DNA from: Parcubacteria group bacterium Greene0416_39
GTDB lineage: Bacteria > Patescibacteriota > Minisyncoccia > Minisyncoccales > UBA10102
DNA: 64,000 nt
Assembly (NCBI GenBank): GCA_007375675.1
Contig: VMEU01000003.1
Location: forward strand, 8,692-72,691
Direction: 5' to 3'
The notes under the pieces are model-generated. The model made no database searches and was not told the DNA's origin. It saw only the letters and a program-made list of their open reading frames with translations. Within the stretch, counting starts at the first letter, position 1, and each line of letters starts with the position of its first letter. The position numbers and the translations under genes were made by a program. Below are positions 41,753-50,963 of the stretch, piece by piece.

Positions 41753-44171
41753 AGCAGTCGCATTTTATCGGTTTTTTTACCTTGGACTTCTCAAAAAAGT
41801 AAGGGTTTTGGCCTACTGGCTCTTCTGGATCTTTCTTGGCATTTTTCTCTATGGATTTTTAGGCAATCGCTATGAAGAAACACTTCTTACCAAGCTCTCT
41901 GGTTTCACAGTTCTTTCCCTTTCTTTATTTGGCGCCATCTTAGTTTTGGAACTGTTTCAAGAAAAATTGAAATCTGCAAAGGGACAAGATCTTTCTTTTG
42001 AGCTTGCGCTCGCCTTGAACTTGTCGAAGGGCTCTGCTTCCCGCCTTCTTGTTTTGCTCCTTAAACAAGACAAACTTTTTGAAAACCTGCTCAACCGCGC
42101 CCTTCTTGACACAGCAACTCTTCTCAAGTTGTTGCAGAATTCAAAAGAACCCTTAGGCATTGATGAAGTGATTAAGAAAGGAATCGTCAACACAGGAGAC
42201 GCGTTGGTGGCGCTTGCGGAACACCACCCCGTGTTCCAAAAAACTCTGGTGCAGGCAAACCTATTTACAAAGGACATACGCAACCTTGCAGATTGGGCAG
42301 AATCTCTTGAAACACAAAGAAAAGAACGAAAAAAATTCTGGGGAATGAAGAACCTTCGCAGAAGAGGAACTCTTGCGCGGAACTGGACCGCAGGCTACAC
42401 CCCAACCTTAGACGCTTTTTCTTCAGACCTTTCAGAGATTGCAAGAAAACAAGGCGTTCCTCTTACCATAGGCCACGAAGACGAACGCTCCTCGTTGGAG
42501 AGAATTCTCAGCCAGCAGCAAACCAATAATGCCTTGCTCGTGGGAGAACCAGGTTCAGGCCGCAGGAACCTTGTGCTCAACCTTGCGTATGAGGCCGCTC
42601 TTGGAGAAACCTTGAACGAGATAAACTACAAACGGTTTGTGGAGCTGGATATCCAGGCGCTTGTTGCAAGAATAACCCAACCAGAAGAACTTGAGAAAAC
42701 CTTAGATAAAATCTTCAGGGAAGTTGCGGGGGCAGGAAACGTAGTGCTTATTATTGACGAGTTGCATAACTTTGTTGGCGGCTCAGGTCGATCTGGCGCA
42801 GATCGACCTGGCGCAATAGATATTACCGGAGTTTTGGCTCCGTATCTTCGTGTTACAAACTTTCCTTTTATTGGCATCACCACGTTTCAAGGGCTCCACA
42901 AATATCTTGAGCAGAACGCTTCTCTGATGGCGCTTTTGGCGCCAGTGGAACTTGGCGAAATCACCGATGAACAAACCCTTCCTGTGCTGGAACAATTTGT
43001 TGGGGGGCTTGAACAAAAACACAAAAGAATCATTTCGTATCCTGCTCTCCGCGACGCGATTGCGCTTTCCTCAAAGTATGTGCAGGGAGTGCCCCAGCCC
43101 AGAAAATCTATTGAGCTATTAGAAGAAGCAATGGCATACCTTAGCTCATCGAGTCTGAAGACTCATCAGAGTCTGAACGACCAAACAAAAGAAAAAGTTC
43201 TTTTGCCAAGGCATATTGCATACGTGCTCTCTGAAAAAACCCAGATTCCCATAGGGGAAATTGAAACAAAAGAAAGGGAAGTACTCTTGAGCCTTGAAGA
43301 CCTTCTCCACAAAAGAATCATTAACCAGGAAGAAGCAATAGGAGAAGTGTCTTCGGCTTTGAGGAGAGCGCGTTCTGAAGTGTCTAAACGGTCAGGGCCT
43401 ATGGGAAGCTTTCTCTTTTTAGGGCCTACTGGAGTAGGCAAAACAGAAACCGCAAAAGCATTGGCCGCAGTGTACTTTGGTTCAGAAAACCGAATGATTC
43501 GCCTTGACATGTCTGAATTTCAAAACCCAAAAGACGTGGAGCGTTTGCTGGGTTCAGCCGAACAACAGGGATTGCTCACCACGCAAGTGAGAGAGAATCC
43601 ATTTTCTTTGGTGCTTTTAGACGAGCTGGAAAAAGCGCACCCAAACATTCTCAACCTATTCCTTCAAGTGCTTGACGAAGGCCATATCACAGACGGCCTT
43701 GGAAGAAAAGTGAGCTTCCAGCACACCATTATTATTGCTACGTCTAACGCAGGGTACCAGCTCATTCTTGAGGCAATAAAAGAAAACAAAGATTTTAATC
43801 TGTTAAAGCGGGAAATGATTGACTATCTTTTCAAACAAGGAATATACCGGCCTGAATTTCTCAACAGGTTTGACGGCGTCATGCTCTTTAAACCCTTAAC
43901 AAAAGAGCATCTCCTTTCTATTGCAGAGTTAATGCTTTCTAAGGTAAAGAAAGGATTGGCAGAAAAGGGGATTGAGTTTGTCATCACTGGGCAGCTCAAA
44001 GAAAAAATGGTAGAATTAGGGTATGATCCAATCTTTGGAGCCAGGCCTATGAAACGAGTGATTCAAGACAAGGTAGAAGACGCCTTGGCTGTTGGCCTTT
44101 TGAAAAGGGAGTTGATACGGGGAACAAAGGTTGAAGTTGACCCTTCTGACTTTAGCCTTAAAATCTCATAA
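41733..44171 (+). CDS. membrane-anchored double-AAA+ Clp/Hsp100-type ATPase
   Basis: N-terminal TM helices replace Clp_N. D1 is GEPGSGRRNLV (degenerate Walker A) plus VLIIDELHNFVG. D2 is GPTGVGKTETAKAL, LLDELEKAHPNILNLFLQVLDEG. Confidence 0.85.
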   Translation: MDFPPSKAVAFYRFFYLGLLKKVRVLAYWLFWIFLGIFLYGFLGNRYEETLLTKLSGFTVLSLSLFGAILVLELFQEKLKSAKGQDLSFELALALNLSKGSASRLLVLLLKQDKLFENLLNRALLDTATLLKLLQNSKEPLGIDEVIKKGIVNTGDALVALAEHHPVFQKTLVQANLFTKDIRNLADWAESLETQRKERKKFWGMKNLRRRGTLARNWTAGYTPTLDAFSSDLSEIARKQGVPLTIGHEDERSSLERILSQQQTNNALLVGEPGSGRRNLVLNLAYEAALGETLNEINYKRFVELDIQALVARITQPEELEKTLDKIFREVAGAGNVVLIIDELHNFVGGSGRSGADRPGAIDITGVLAPYLRVTNFPFIGITTFQGLHKYLEQNASLMALLAPVELGEITDEQTLPVLEQFVGGLEQKHKRIISYPALRDAIALSSKYVQGVPQPRKSIELLEEAMAYLSSSSLKTHQSLNDQTKEKVLLPRHIAYVLSEKTQIPIGEIETKEREVLLSLEDLLHKRIINQEEAIGEVSSALRRARSEVSKRSGPMGSFLFLGPTGVGKTETAKALAAVYFGSENRMIRLDMSEFQNPKDVERLLGSAEQQGLLTTQVRENPFSLVLLDELEKAHPNILNLFLQVLDEGHITDGLGRKVSFQHTIIIATSNAGYQLILEAIKENKDFNLLKREMIDYLFKQGIYRPEFLNRFDGVMLFKPLTKEHLLSIAELMLSKVKKGLAEKGIEFVITGQLKEKMVELGYDPIFGARPMKRVIQDKVEDALAVGLLKRELIRGTKVEVDPSDFSLKIS

Positions 44172-44174
44172 CGT

Positions 44175-44567
44175 ATGGATTCTTCATATTTTGCAAACGG
44201 AAAAGTGTATGCTTGGGAGGGAACGTTTGCTGTAGTAAAAGCAAAACAGCCGATTGCTGGCGCTTTTGCCGTGCTTCAAGACAAGAATGAGATCACGGTT
44301 GTAATAGAACAAAGTAGAATAGGGGAGCATCAAAACGATATTTTAGAATCGAGCAACGACTGGAACATCATTACCTTTGACATGTTATTGTCCTTGAACA
44401 TGGTAGGGTTTATTGCGCACGTTACTTCAGCTCTTGCAAAAAAAGGGGTAGACGTTCTCACGTTTTCTGCATATTCTACCGAACACGTGCTCGTGCAGAG
44501 CAAAGACCTTGCAAAAGCGCTCACAGTACTGGAACACCTCGGATGCAAAATCTCAAGTAACTCTTAA
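44175..44567 (+). CDS. ACT-domain-like small protein
   Basis: 130 aa. VGFIAHVTSALAKKGVDVLTFSAYSTEHVLV pattern. Confidence 0.45.
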   Translation: MDSSYFANGKVYAWEGTFAVVKAKQPIAGAFAVLQDKNEITVVIEQSRIGEHQNDILESSNDWNIITFDMLLSLNMVGFIAHVTSALAKKGVDVLTFSAYSTEHVLVQSKDLAKALTVLEHLGCKISSNS

Positions 44568-44636
44568 AGTGGTATACTGAATAAAGGCATTAAAAGGTCG
44601 AGGCAGTTACAAACTAACTAAAGAAAACATTTTCAT

Positions 44637-44846
44637 ATGAAACTTCTTGGTCCAGTCGCATCATTGCTCACCGTCATTGGAGGATTAAACTGGGGGCTCG
44701 TAGCCCTTGCCAACTTCAATTTGGTAGACACAATCTTTGGCAGCGTTCCCGCAGTTGGAAAGATTGTCTACGTTTTGATAGGCCTTTCGGCATTATACGT
44801 GGCAATCACCATGCTTCCAAAGCAATTTAGTACGCCAAAGCCGTAG
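44637..44846 (+). CDS. DUF378-like small membrane protein
   Basis: GGLNWGLVALANFNLV motif. Confidence 0.6.
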   Translation: MKLLGPVASLLTVIGGLNWGLVALANFNLVDTIFGSVPAVGKIVYVLIGLSALYVAITMLPKQFSTPKP

Positions 44847-44937
44847 CAATACATTGAAATAAAAGCCGCCCAAGCGAAAGCAAAGGCGGCTTTTATTTCA
44901 GATTTCCTCGATTTTTTGATAAAGTGAAGTATTATAT

Positions 44938-45696
44938 ATGAAAGTTGGTACTCGAGGGTTTACCTTAATTGAGCTTTTGATTGTTATTGCCATTATTGGA
45001 ATTTTGGCTGGTATTGTGCTTGTTTCGTTTGGGGGCATACGAGAACGCGCAGAAATCGCAAAGGGGCAGAACTTCAACAGACAGCTCACCCAAAGCATTG
45101 GATTATTTTTGCTTTCTTCTTGGAGTTTTTACAACGGCACAGCAAACGACCAAGCTCAAGGGCAGAATAACGCCACGCTCCTCGGAGGCGTGGAAAGCAC
45201 AGAGGGCATGACAAACAATGCTCTCCAATTCAACGGCACAAACGCGTTCGCGCAGTTTCCTTATGCATTTTTTAACTCTGCTCCTTCTGAATTCACCGTT
45301 TCTTTATGGGCAAGGCCTTCTGCCATGCCCCAAAGCGAGGATGCAGTTTTATTTTACAGCACGCGAAACGTTGAATTTATGGTGGGATATTCCACCCAAG
45401 GAAAGTTTTTCACTTCCTATAAACTTGATCCTTCCGGATGGGAAGGAGTGACCGCACAAAAAACAAGTTCTCCTAACACATGGTATCATATTGCTGCTTC
45501 GTGGAGTTCAAACGAAGTCGTTCTGTATGTTAACGGTTCGGTTGCCGGCAGAAGGGTGCCGACGGGAAGCGCGTTTGCCACCACCCCAAGCGGGTACCCC
45601 GCCTTTGCGGCTTTTGTTCGGCCTACTGGCACACGAAACTATTTTGCCGGCATTCTAGACGAAATCTACCTGTACACAAAAGCCGTGCCCCAGTAA
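44938..45696 (+). CDS. type IV pilin-like protein with LamG/concanavalin-like C-terminal domain
   Basis: Prepilin signal GFTLIELLIVIAIIGILAGIVL. LamG pattern WYHIAASW...LYVNG...FAGILDEIYLY. Confidence 0.8.
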   Translation: MKVGTRGFTLIELLIVIAIIGILAGIVLVSFGGIRERAEIAKGQNFNRQLTQSIGLFLLSSWSFYNGTANDQAQGQNNATLLGGVESTEGMTNNALQFNGTNAFAQFPYAFFNSAPSEFTVSLWARPSAMPQSEDAVLFYSTRNVEFMVGYSTQGKFFTSYKLDPSGWEGVTAQKTSSPNTWYHIAASWSSNEVVLYVNGSVAGRRVPTGSAFATTPSGYPAFAAFVRPTGTRNYFAGILDEIYLYTKAVPQ

Positions 45697-45757
45697 CATC
45701 TTTCTAATGGACAAAAGAAAAGAAGTGTTGTAGAATCTTTTTCAGAAAGGAGGAACT

Positions 45758-45868
45758 ATGCCAACTTGGCAAGGCAAAAAATCAGGGGGAGGCCATACAA
45801 CCTTAATTGAAGCGGCAGTGCCTTTGGTAAAGGCAGCAGAAAAGCTTCCCGAGGTTACAAAGCCTTAA
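45758..45868 (+). pseudogene. truncated paralog of ORF 53106..53390
   Basis: MPTWQGKKSGGGHTTLIEAAVPLVKAAEKLPEVTKP* versus MPNWQGKKSGGTHTTLIDAAEPLVKAAEKLPEVTKIVLG... Homology (also in the upstream region) stops at about 45866. Confidence 0.5.
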
Positions 45869-45925
45869 CTTGCATAGTTTTGGGTCGTACTTGCATAGTT
45901 TCTATGACTATGGTAAGATAGCGAC

Positions 45926-46513
45926 ATGAATGAAAAGCTTTTAAATATACGAGAAGCTGCCCAATTTCTTGGAGTTTCTGTTGACACGCTTAGACGCTGG
46001 GATAAAAGCGGTAAGTTAGTTGCGCTTAGAAAACCTGGGGGGACCCACCGCTATTACGCAGTAAGGGATTTAGAGATATTTTCCAGTGACTTAATAAAAC
46101 TTGCGAGTGAATGGGCGCTTTCCAGAAAAGAAATATCGCCAGATTTGTATTGTTCCAATAGTGCGGTTTTTCAGGCAAGGTTAATGAGGATGCAAGATGA
46201 GATGCTAGCCTCTGCAAAAGAGCAAGGATTCGTTTCTCTTGTGACAGCTGTTGCCGGTGAGATTGGCAATAACTCCTACGACCACAACTTGGGGAATTGG
46301 CCTGTAGCATTCACAGAAATGCTCTCTGGTCGCGCACCGGAGGAACGAGGGAATGGTTTGAAATTTGTCCGCAAGGTTATTTCGCAAAACCCCATCAGCC
46401 TGTGTTTTCAGACTGGAGATGCAGAGTTGGGTTTAGAGAGAGGAAATGGAGATCTACGCATCAGAAAGACAAAAAACGAGATTCAAGGATGTCTCGCAGT
46501 GATCAGGTTCTAA
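45926..46513 (+). CDS. MerR/excisionase-type HTH fused to a GHKL-ATPase-like remnant
   Basis: LLNIREAAQFLGVSVDTLRRWDKSGKL. N-box-like EIGNNSYDHNLGNW. G-box-like ERGNGLKFV. The segment between the boxes seems shortened. Confidence 0.55.
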   Translation: MNEKLLNIREAAQFLGVSVDTLRRWDKSGKLVALRKPGGTHRYYAVRDLEIFSSDLIKLASEWALSRKEISPDLYCSNSAVFQARLMRMQDEMLASAKEQGFVSLVTAVAGEIGNNSYDHNLGNWPVAFTEMLSGRAPEERGNGLKFVRKVISQNPISLCFQTGDAELGLERGNGDLRIRKTKNEIQGCLAVIRF

Positions 46514-46519
46514 GACTTC

Positions 46520-46783
46520 ATGATTATTGAACTCAACAAGTTCGGAACTACTCTTGTATCCCGTCAAGCCGGTCGAGAAGCTTGGGCTGCTTTCCAACCG
46601 ACTCTTCGAACCATAACCTCCCAAGAAAATATCGAAGTTAGCTTTGATGGCGTTTTAACATTCTCGCCTTCTTGGGCAGACGAGTTTATCACAACGCTCA
46701 AAAAGCAGTTTGGCGACCGGGTTATTTTGTCCGCGAGCGATAATCCTTCTGTAAAAGCGACATTGGATATTCTTGGGATATAG
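46520..46783 (+). CDS. STAS-like (DUF4325-type) small protein
   Basis: 87 aa, GTTLVSRQAGRE...VSFDGVLTFSPSWADEF pattern recalled for DUF4325. Lies 6 nt after the HTH-ATPase gene. Confidence 0.5.
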   Translation: MIIELNKFGTTLVSRQAGREAWAAFQPTLRTITSQENIEVSFDGVLTFSPSWADEFITTLKKQFGDRVILSASDNPSVKATLDILGI

Positions 46784-46886
46784 AAAAGCCTGCCCCGAAC
46801 CGCACTGGTTCTGTGGGTGATTTTTTGCTTACACTGAGTTTATCGAAGGGCTTGCCCAGAGCTCGTCGAAAGGATACTATAAATGT

Positions 46887-47354
46887 ATGCCACACATTCA
46901 TGAATCCATTGACTGGACTGTAGTAGCCTACGTTGTGTATCAAAACAAAGTACTCTTCGTATTTCACAAAGAGCTCCAAAAATGGTTGCCTTTGGGCGGA
47001 CATATTGAACTAAGCGAAGATCCAGATCAAGCTCTTGTGCGAGAGGTCGAAGAGGAAAGCGGTATTCAAGAATTGGAGGTGCTGGCAACGAAACCCGACA
47101 TTAAAGTGGATGCTGTAGAGCGAAAATTTCTGTACACCCCAGCATATGTGGATATCCACACTATCAATGAGAAGCACAGACACATCGGACTTGTTTACTT
47201 TCTTCGGGCTAAAACCAATGTGATCCGTCTTGCAGAACAAGAACACACCGAAATCCGTTGGCTCACAGAGGAGGAGCTTGATAATCCGGAGTTCCGTTTG
47301 GAGCACAGTATAAAGTTCTATGCAAAAGAAGCTCTGCAGCGAGCTGCACAATAA
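46887..47354 (+). CDS. NUDIX hydrolase
   Basis: Nudix box GGHIELSEDPDQALVREVEEESG. TACTAT lies 6 nt before the ATG. Confidence 0.85.
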   Translation: MPHIHESIDWTVVAYVVYQNKVLFVFHKELQKWLPLGGHIELSEDPDQALVREVEEESGIQELEVLATKPDIKVDAVERKFLYTPAYVDIHTINEKHRHIGLVYFLRAKTNVIRLAEQEHTEIRWLTEEELDNPEFRLEHSIKFYAKEALQRAAQ

Positions 47355-47566
47355 AACTTAAGTCGATTAAGTTATCCAAGGGTTTTAGTGTAACAAAAAG
47401 AAACGGCATAGCTGCAAATTGTGTAAACCGCATTAGCAAGAAACTGCGCAGGAGAGAAGCGAAAGAAGCCTCAGCCCATCCTTAGCTCGGTTAAGGTTAA
47501 AGCAGACGATCGCCAAACTGGCGATTTTTTGATACAGTAGTTAGGTGGAAAATGCGAATAAAGCAT

Positions 47567-47597
47567 CTATGATACATAATTTACTGAAACAACATTA
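47567..47597 (+). repeat. 31-bp perfect direct repeat, left copy
   Basis: CTATGATACATAATTTACTGAAACAACATTA. Includes the recQ start codon. Confidence 0.9.
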
Positions 47598-48828
47598 CGG
47601 ATTCACTGAATTTAGGCCCGGCCAAGAAGAAGTTATACAGAGTATTTTAGAGGGGCATGACACCTTGGCGGTAATGCCCACGGGCGGAGGCAAATCGCTT
47701 TGCTACCAACTGCCAGCCCTAGCTCTTGGTGGCACAACCCTGGTGGTATCTCCTTTAATTGCCCTTATGAAAGACCAGGTTGATGTATTGCAAAAAAGAG
47801 GAGTGGCAGCTTCGTTTATTAATTCATCTCTCACAGAAAAAGAAGTTACAAAGAGAACCAAAGAGGCATTGGCAGGCAAAATAAAAATTCTCTATATCGC
47901 TCCCGAGCGTTTAAACAGCGACTTTAGCCAGGTTTTGCAAAATATTCCCATAGAACTGGTTGCAATTGATGAGGCGCATTGCGTTTCAACCTGGGGACAT
48001 GACTTTAGGCCAGACTATCGATTAATTAAAGAACGCATTGATTCTTTGCCAAAGCGCCCTGTTGTTTCTGCGTTTACCGCCACCGCCACGCCCGAGGTAA
48101 GAGAAGATATTGCGGAGCGTTTGGGTTTAAAAAAGCCTCATATTTTTGTTCGCGGATTTGACCGGCCCAACCTGCGGTTTTTCACCCGCGGCTGGCTAAA
48201 CGAGTTTCTACGAGACGAAGAAGTATTACGCCTTGCAAAATCTCTGCCCAAACCCGGCATTATATATGCTGGCAAGCGCAGTAAATCAGAGGAGCTTGCA
48301 ACGTATTTAACACAAAATGGAGTTTCTGCCTTGCCGTATCACGCAGGGCTCAAAACAGAAACGAGAATAGAAACTCAAGAAGCATTCATGAAAGATAAAG
48401 TACCGGTGATAGTAGCCACCATTGCCTTTGGCATGGGCGTTGATAAGGCTGATGTCCGTTTTGTTATTCATGCAGGCATGCCAAGTACCTTAGAAGGATA
48501 TTACCAAGAAGCAGGCCGCGCCGGCAGAGACGCAAAACCCGCCACCTGCGTTTTGTTGCACAGCGGAGAAGACAGCGCCCTGCAAAACTACTTTATTCAA
48601 AAGGCATATGAGGATTCCATAGATCGGGGCAAACCAGAGGCGGAGGCCGAGGCGGTGCGCGATGTAAAATATCAAAAGTTAAAAACAATGGAGCAATATG
48701 TTATGGCAAATGCATGCCGCAGAAAGATGATTCTTAATTACTTTGGCGACGAAGCCTCCAGCAAAACCGCCAACTGTGGCGCCTGCGACCATTGCCTTTC
48801 TGTGCATATCCGATGTGCACAGAGTTGA
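47569..48828 (+). CDS. recQ: RecQ-family DNA helicase (short, no HRDC)
   Basis: FGFTEFRPGQEEVI, MPTGGGKSLCYQLPAL, DEAHCVSTWGHDFRPDY, Zn-binding CRRK...CGACDHC. Confidence 0.88.
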   Translation: MIHNLLKQHYGFTEFRPGQEEVIQSILEGHDTLAVMPTGGGKSLCYQLPALALGGTTLVVSPLIALMKDQVDVLQKRGVAASFINSSLTEKEVTKRTKEALAGKIKILYIAPERLNSDFSQVLQNIPIELVAIDEAHCVSTWGHDFRPDYRLIKERIDSLPKRPVVSAFTATATPEVREDIAERLGLKKPHIFVRGFDRPNLRFFTRGWLNEFLRDEEVLRLAKSLPKPGIIYAGKRSKSEELATYLTQNGVSALPYHAGLKTETRIETQEAFMKDKVPVIVATIAFGMGVDKADVRFVIHAGMPSTLEGYYQEAGRAGRDAKPATCVLLHSGEDSALQNYFIQKAYEDSIDRGKPEAEAEAVRDVKYQKLKTMEQYVMANACRRKMILNYFGDEASSKTANCGACDHCLSVHIRCAQS

Positions 48829-48897
48829 AGGCCCGAGCTTTGCCGAACGGCGGATTTTTGGTAGGATTACAACTAGCATTAAGAAGGGAGGAAAAAG

Positions 48898-49476
48898 ATG
48901 GCAAAAGCCGCACCGTGGACTCCTAAACAGGATGCACTTCTTCGGAGGTACCACGGGGTACTTTCCAGAGAAGAAATCGCAAGATTGGCTGGGCGACGAA
49001 CTGTAATGGCATACGGCGTGCGTGCCTCAAGGTTGGGCATTCGGAGTTTGCGTACCGGGGACATTGCCCCGGAACTTGGAGTAAGTATTGTGACTGTTGT
49101 GCGGTGGATTAAAAAAGGATTCCTGCAGGCGAGAAGGACAGTAACAATAACCTACAAGGGTAAGCAGAATCCGCAGTGGTACGAGATCCAGGAGGAAGCA
49201 ATTATTCAATTCCTCCAAACTCACTACCTAAGGTATGATCCCTCCCGGCTCGTGGAACGCTGGCAGAAATATGTGCCGTGGAAAGAACGGGCGAAATGGA
49301 TTTCTATCTCCGAAGCCTCCAAGCAACATAGCTACGGTTACCAGTGGTTTTATCAGCGCATTTGGAGAGGAGAGATTCGCGTCACAAAAGGACGGAACCC
49401 CACACGAGCAGGAGAGATAACCTATCTGTTCCGTGAAGATATTGAATCGGTAATGAAGCGAATACAGACCATGTAG
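48898..49476 (+). CDS. multi-HTH DNA-binding protein (Myb/SANT-like plus excisionase-like HTH)
   Basis: WTPKQDALLRRYHGVLSREEIARLAG, IAPELGVSIVTVVRWIKKGFL. AAGGGAGG RBS. Confidence 0.5.
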   Translation: MAKAAPWTPKQDALLRRYHGVLSREEIARLAGRRTVMAYGVRASRLGIRSLRTGDIAPELGVSIVTVVRWIKKGFLQARRTVTITYKGKQNPQWYEIQEEAIIQFLQTHYLRYDPSRLVERWQKYVPWKERAKWISISEASKQHSYGYQWFYQRIWRGEIRVTKGRNPTRAGEITYLFREDIESVMKRIQTM

Positions 49477-49481
49477 CAGGT

Positions 49482-49527
49482 AAGAGGAGGTTATCTGGCA
49501 AGGTAACCCTCCTCTTTTTCTTTTTTT
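49482..49527 (+). terminator. rho-independent terminator
   Basis: AAGAGGAGG / CCTCCTCTT followed by a T-run. Confidence 0.7.
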
Positions 49528-49650
49528 CAGATTTCTTTAAAACTTAACCGAGCTAAGTTTGAACGTACAAGCTTGCTCTGAACCGTACTGGTTCTTGGGA
49601 CGATTTTTTGTTAAGTAAGACCTGGTCTTCCTTGAATTAAAGTAAAGGGC

Positions 49651-49680
49651 TTGACAGGTATGTTTGATGTACGCTATAAT
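49651..49680 (+). promoter_or_regulatory. promoter TTGACA-18-TATAAT with ATGTACGC direct repeats flanking the -10
   Basis: TATAAT at 49675-49680 lies 8 nt before the ATG at 49689. Confidence 0.65.
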
Positions 49681-49688
49681 GTACGCAT

Positions 49689-50069
49689 ATGGATTCAAGA
49701 CGCACCCTCTCTATTACGGAAGCCAGAAAACGCATCTTTGAAATTATAGACGAGGTGCAGAAACCAGACACCTACTACACGCTCACGGAAAATGGCAAAC
49801 CAAAAGCCGTGATTTTGTCTGTGGAAGAGTTTGAATCCTTGTGGGAGACTATTGGAACCTTGGAAGATATTCCTGACTTGGCAAAGGATATTGAAGAGTA
49901 CAAACGAGATAAGAAAACAGGGGCCGATAAATCTTACGCTACCCTTGAACAGATCCTTGAAAAGGAGGGATTTGTGGTTGCAGATAAAGGGAAAGAAAAG
50001 TATGGAGTACACTATACGGCTCACGCCGTCAGCAGAAAAGGAAAAAGAAAAGCTTCCGGAAAAAGATAG
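49689..50069 (+). CDS. Phd/YefM-family antitoxin
   Basis: LSITEARKRIFEIIDEVQKPDTYYTLTENGKPKAVILSVEEFESLWET. The 3' end overlaps the toxin ORF by 68 nt. Confidence 0.75.
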   Translation: MDSRRTLSITEARKRIFEIIDEVQKPDTYYTLTENGKPKAVILSVEEFESLWETIGTLEDIPDLAKDIEEYKRDKKTGADKSYATLEQILEKEGFVVADKGKEKYGVHYTAHAVSRKGKRKASGKR

Positions 50070-50256
50070 ACTAAGGCTCTCGGTTGTTTTTGCGGTACTG
50101 AGGTCAAATCCGTATCTGGGTAAAAAGCTACGGTGGAAATTTGCCGGTTTTTACGCTTTGCGTTCGTGGCCATACCGAATAGTCTACGAAGTAGACGATA
50201 CGCAGAAAATGGTAACGATTATTCGCATAAGACATAGAAAAGATTCTTACGCATGA
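50002..50256 (+). CDS. RelE/ParE-family toxin
   Basis: MEYTIRLTPSAEKEKEKLPEKDRLRL...YRIVYEVDDTQKMVTIIRIRHRKDSY. Confidence 0.8.
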   Translation: MEYTIRLTPSAEKEKEKLPEKDRLRLSVVFAVLRSNPYLGKKLRWKFAGFYALRSWPYRIVYEVDDTQKMVTIIRIRHRKDSYA

Positions 50257-50963
50257 AAAATTCTTTTACCGTGCGCGATCTTCCTATAGAAGAACGCCCC
50301 AGAGAACGGCTTGCGCAGTTTGGAGCTGAATCCTTGTCTGCTCAAGAGCTTCTTGCGCTTATCTTGGGCAGGGGAGTCAGGGAAGAATCCGTCATGATGA
50401 CAGCTCAAAAGCTTCTTTCTACGTTTGGTTCGCTTCAAGGAGTTACGGAAGCTTCCCTTGAAGAGTTACAACAGGTACACGGTATTGGAATAGCAAAGGC
50501 AGCGCAGATTAAGGCCTGCCTGGAGATTGGAAAACGGGCAAAAACCCAGAACATCAGCGTTCAAGATAAGACAGCAAAGAAACAAGACAAGAGGGTTACT
50601 TCTCCTCAAAAGGTGCACGAGCTCGTAAAAGGCAGGCTTCGCAATTATTCCAAGGAGCATTTCTTTGTGCTTTCTTTTGACGTTCGCAACAAACTTCTGG
50701 GCATGGACATGGTTTCTGTGGGTACGCTCAACGCAAGTTTGGTGCATCCCAGGGAAGTATTTGAGGCCGCAATACGCCGCCATGCAGACCATATTATTGT
50801 GGTACACAACCATCCTTCAGGGGAGTTAGAACCCTCACAAGAAGACAAGGAAATTACAAAGCTGCTTACAGAGTCTGGAAGAGTGCTTGGCATTACACTG
50901 GTTGACCATTGTATTGTGGGAACAGACTCGTATCTAAGTTTTAAAGAACAGGGCCTTCTATGA
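50253..50963 (+). CDS. radC: RadC-like JAB/MPN domain protein
   Basis: RPRERL...ELLALILG HhH region and the HNHPSGELEPSQEDKEIT JAMM motif. ATGA overlap with relE. Confidence 0.88.
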   Translation: MKNSFTVRDLPIEERPRERLAQFGAESLSAQELLALILGRGVREESVMMTAQKLLSTFGSLQGVTEASLEELQQVHGIGIAKAAQIKACLEIGKRAKTQNISVQDKTAKKQDKRVTSPQKVHELVKGRLRNYSKEHFFVLSFDVRNKLLGMDMVSVGTLNASLVHPREVFEAAIRRHADHIIVVHNHPSGELEPSQEDKEITKLLTESGRVLGITLVDHCIVGTDSYLSFKEQGLL

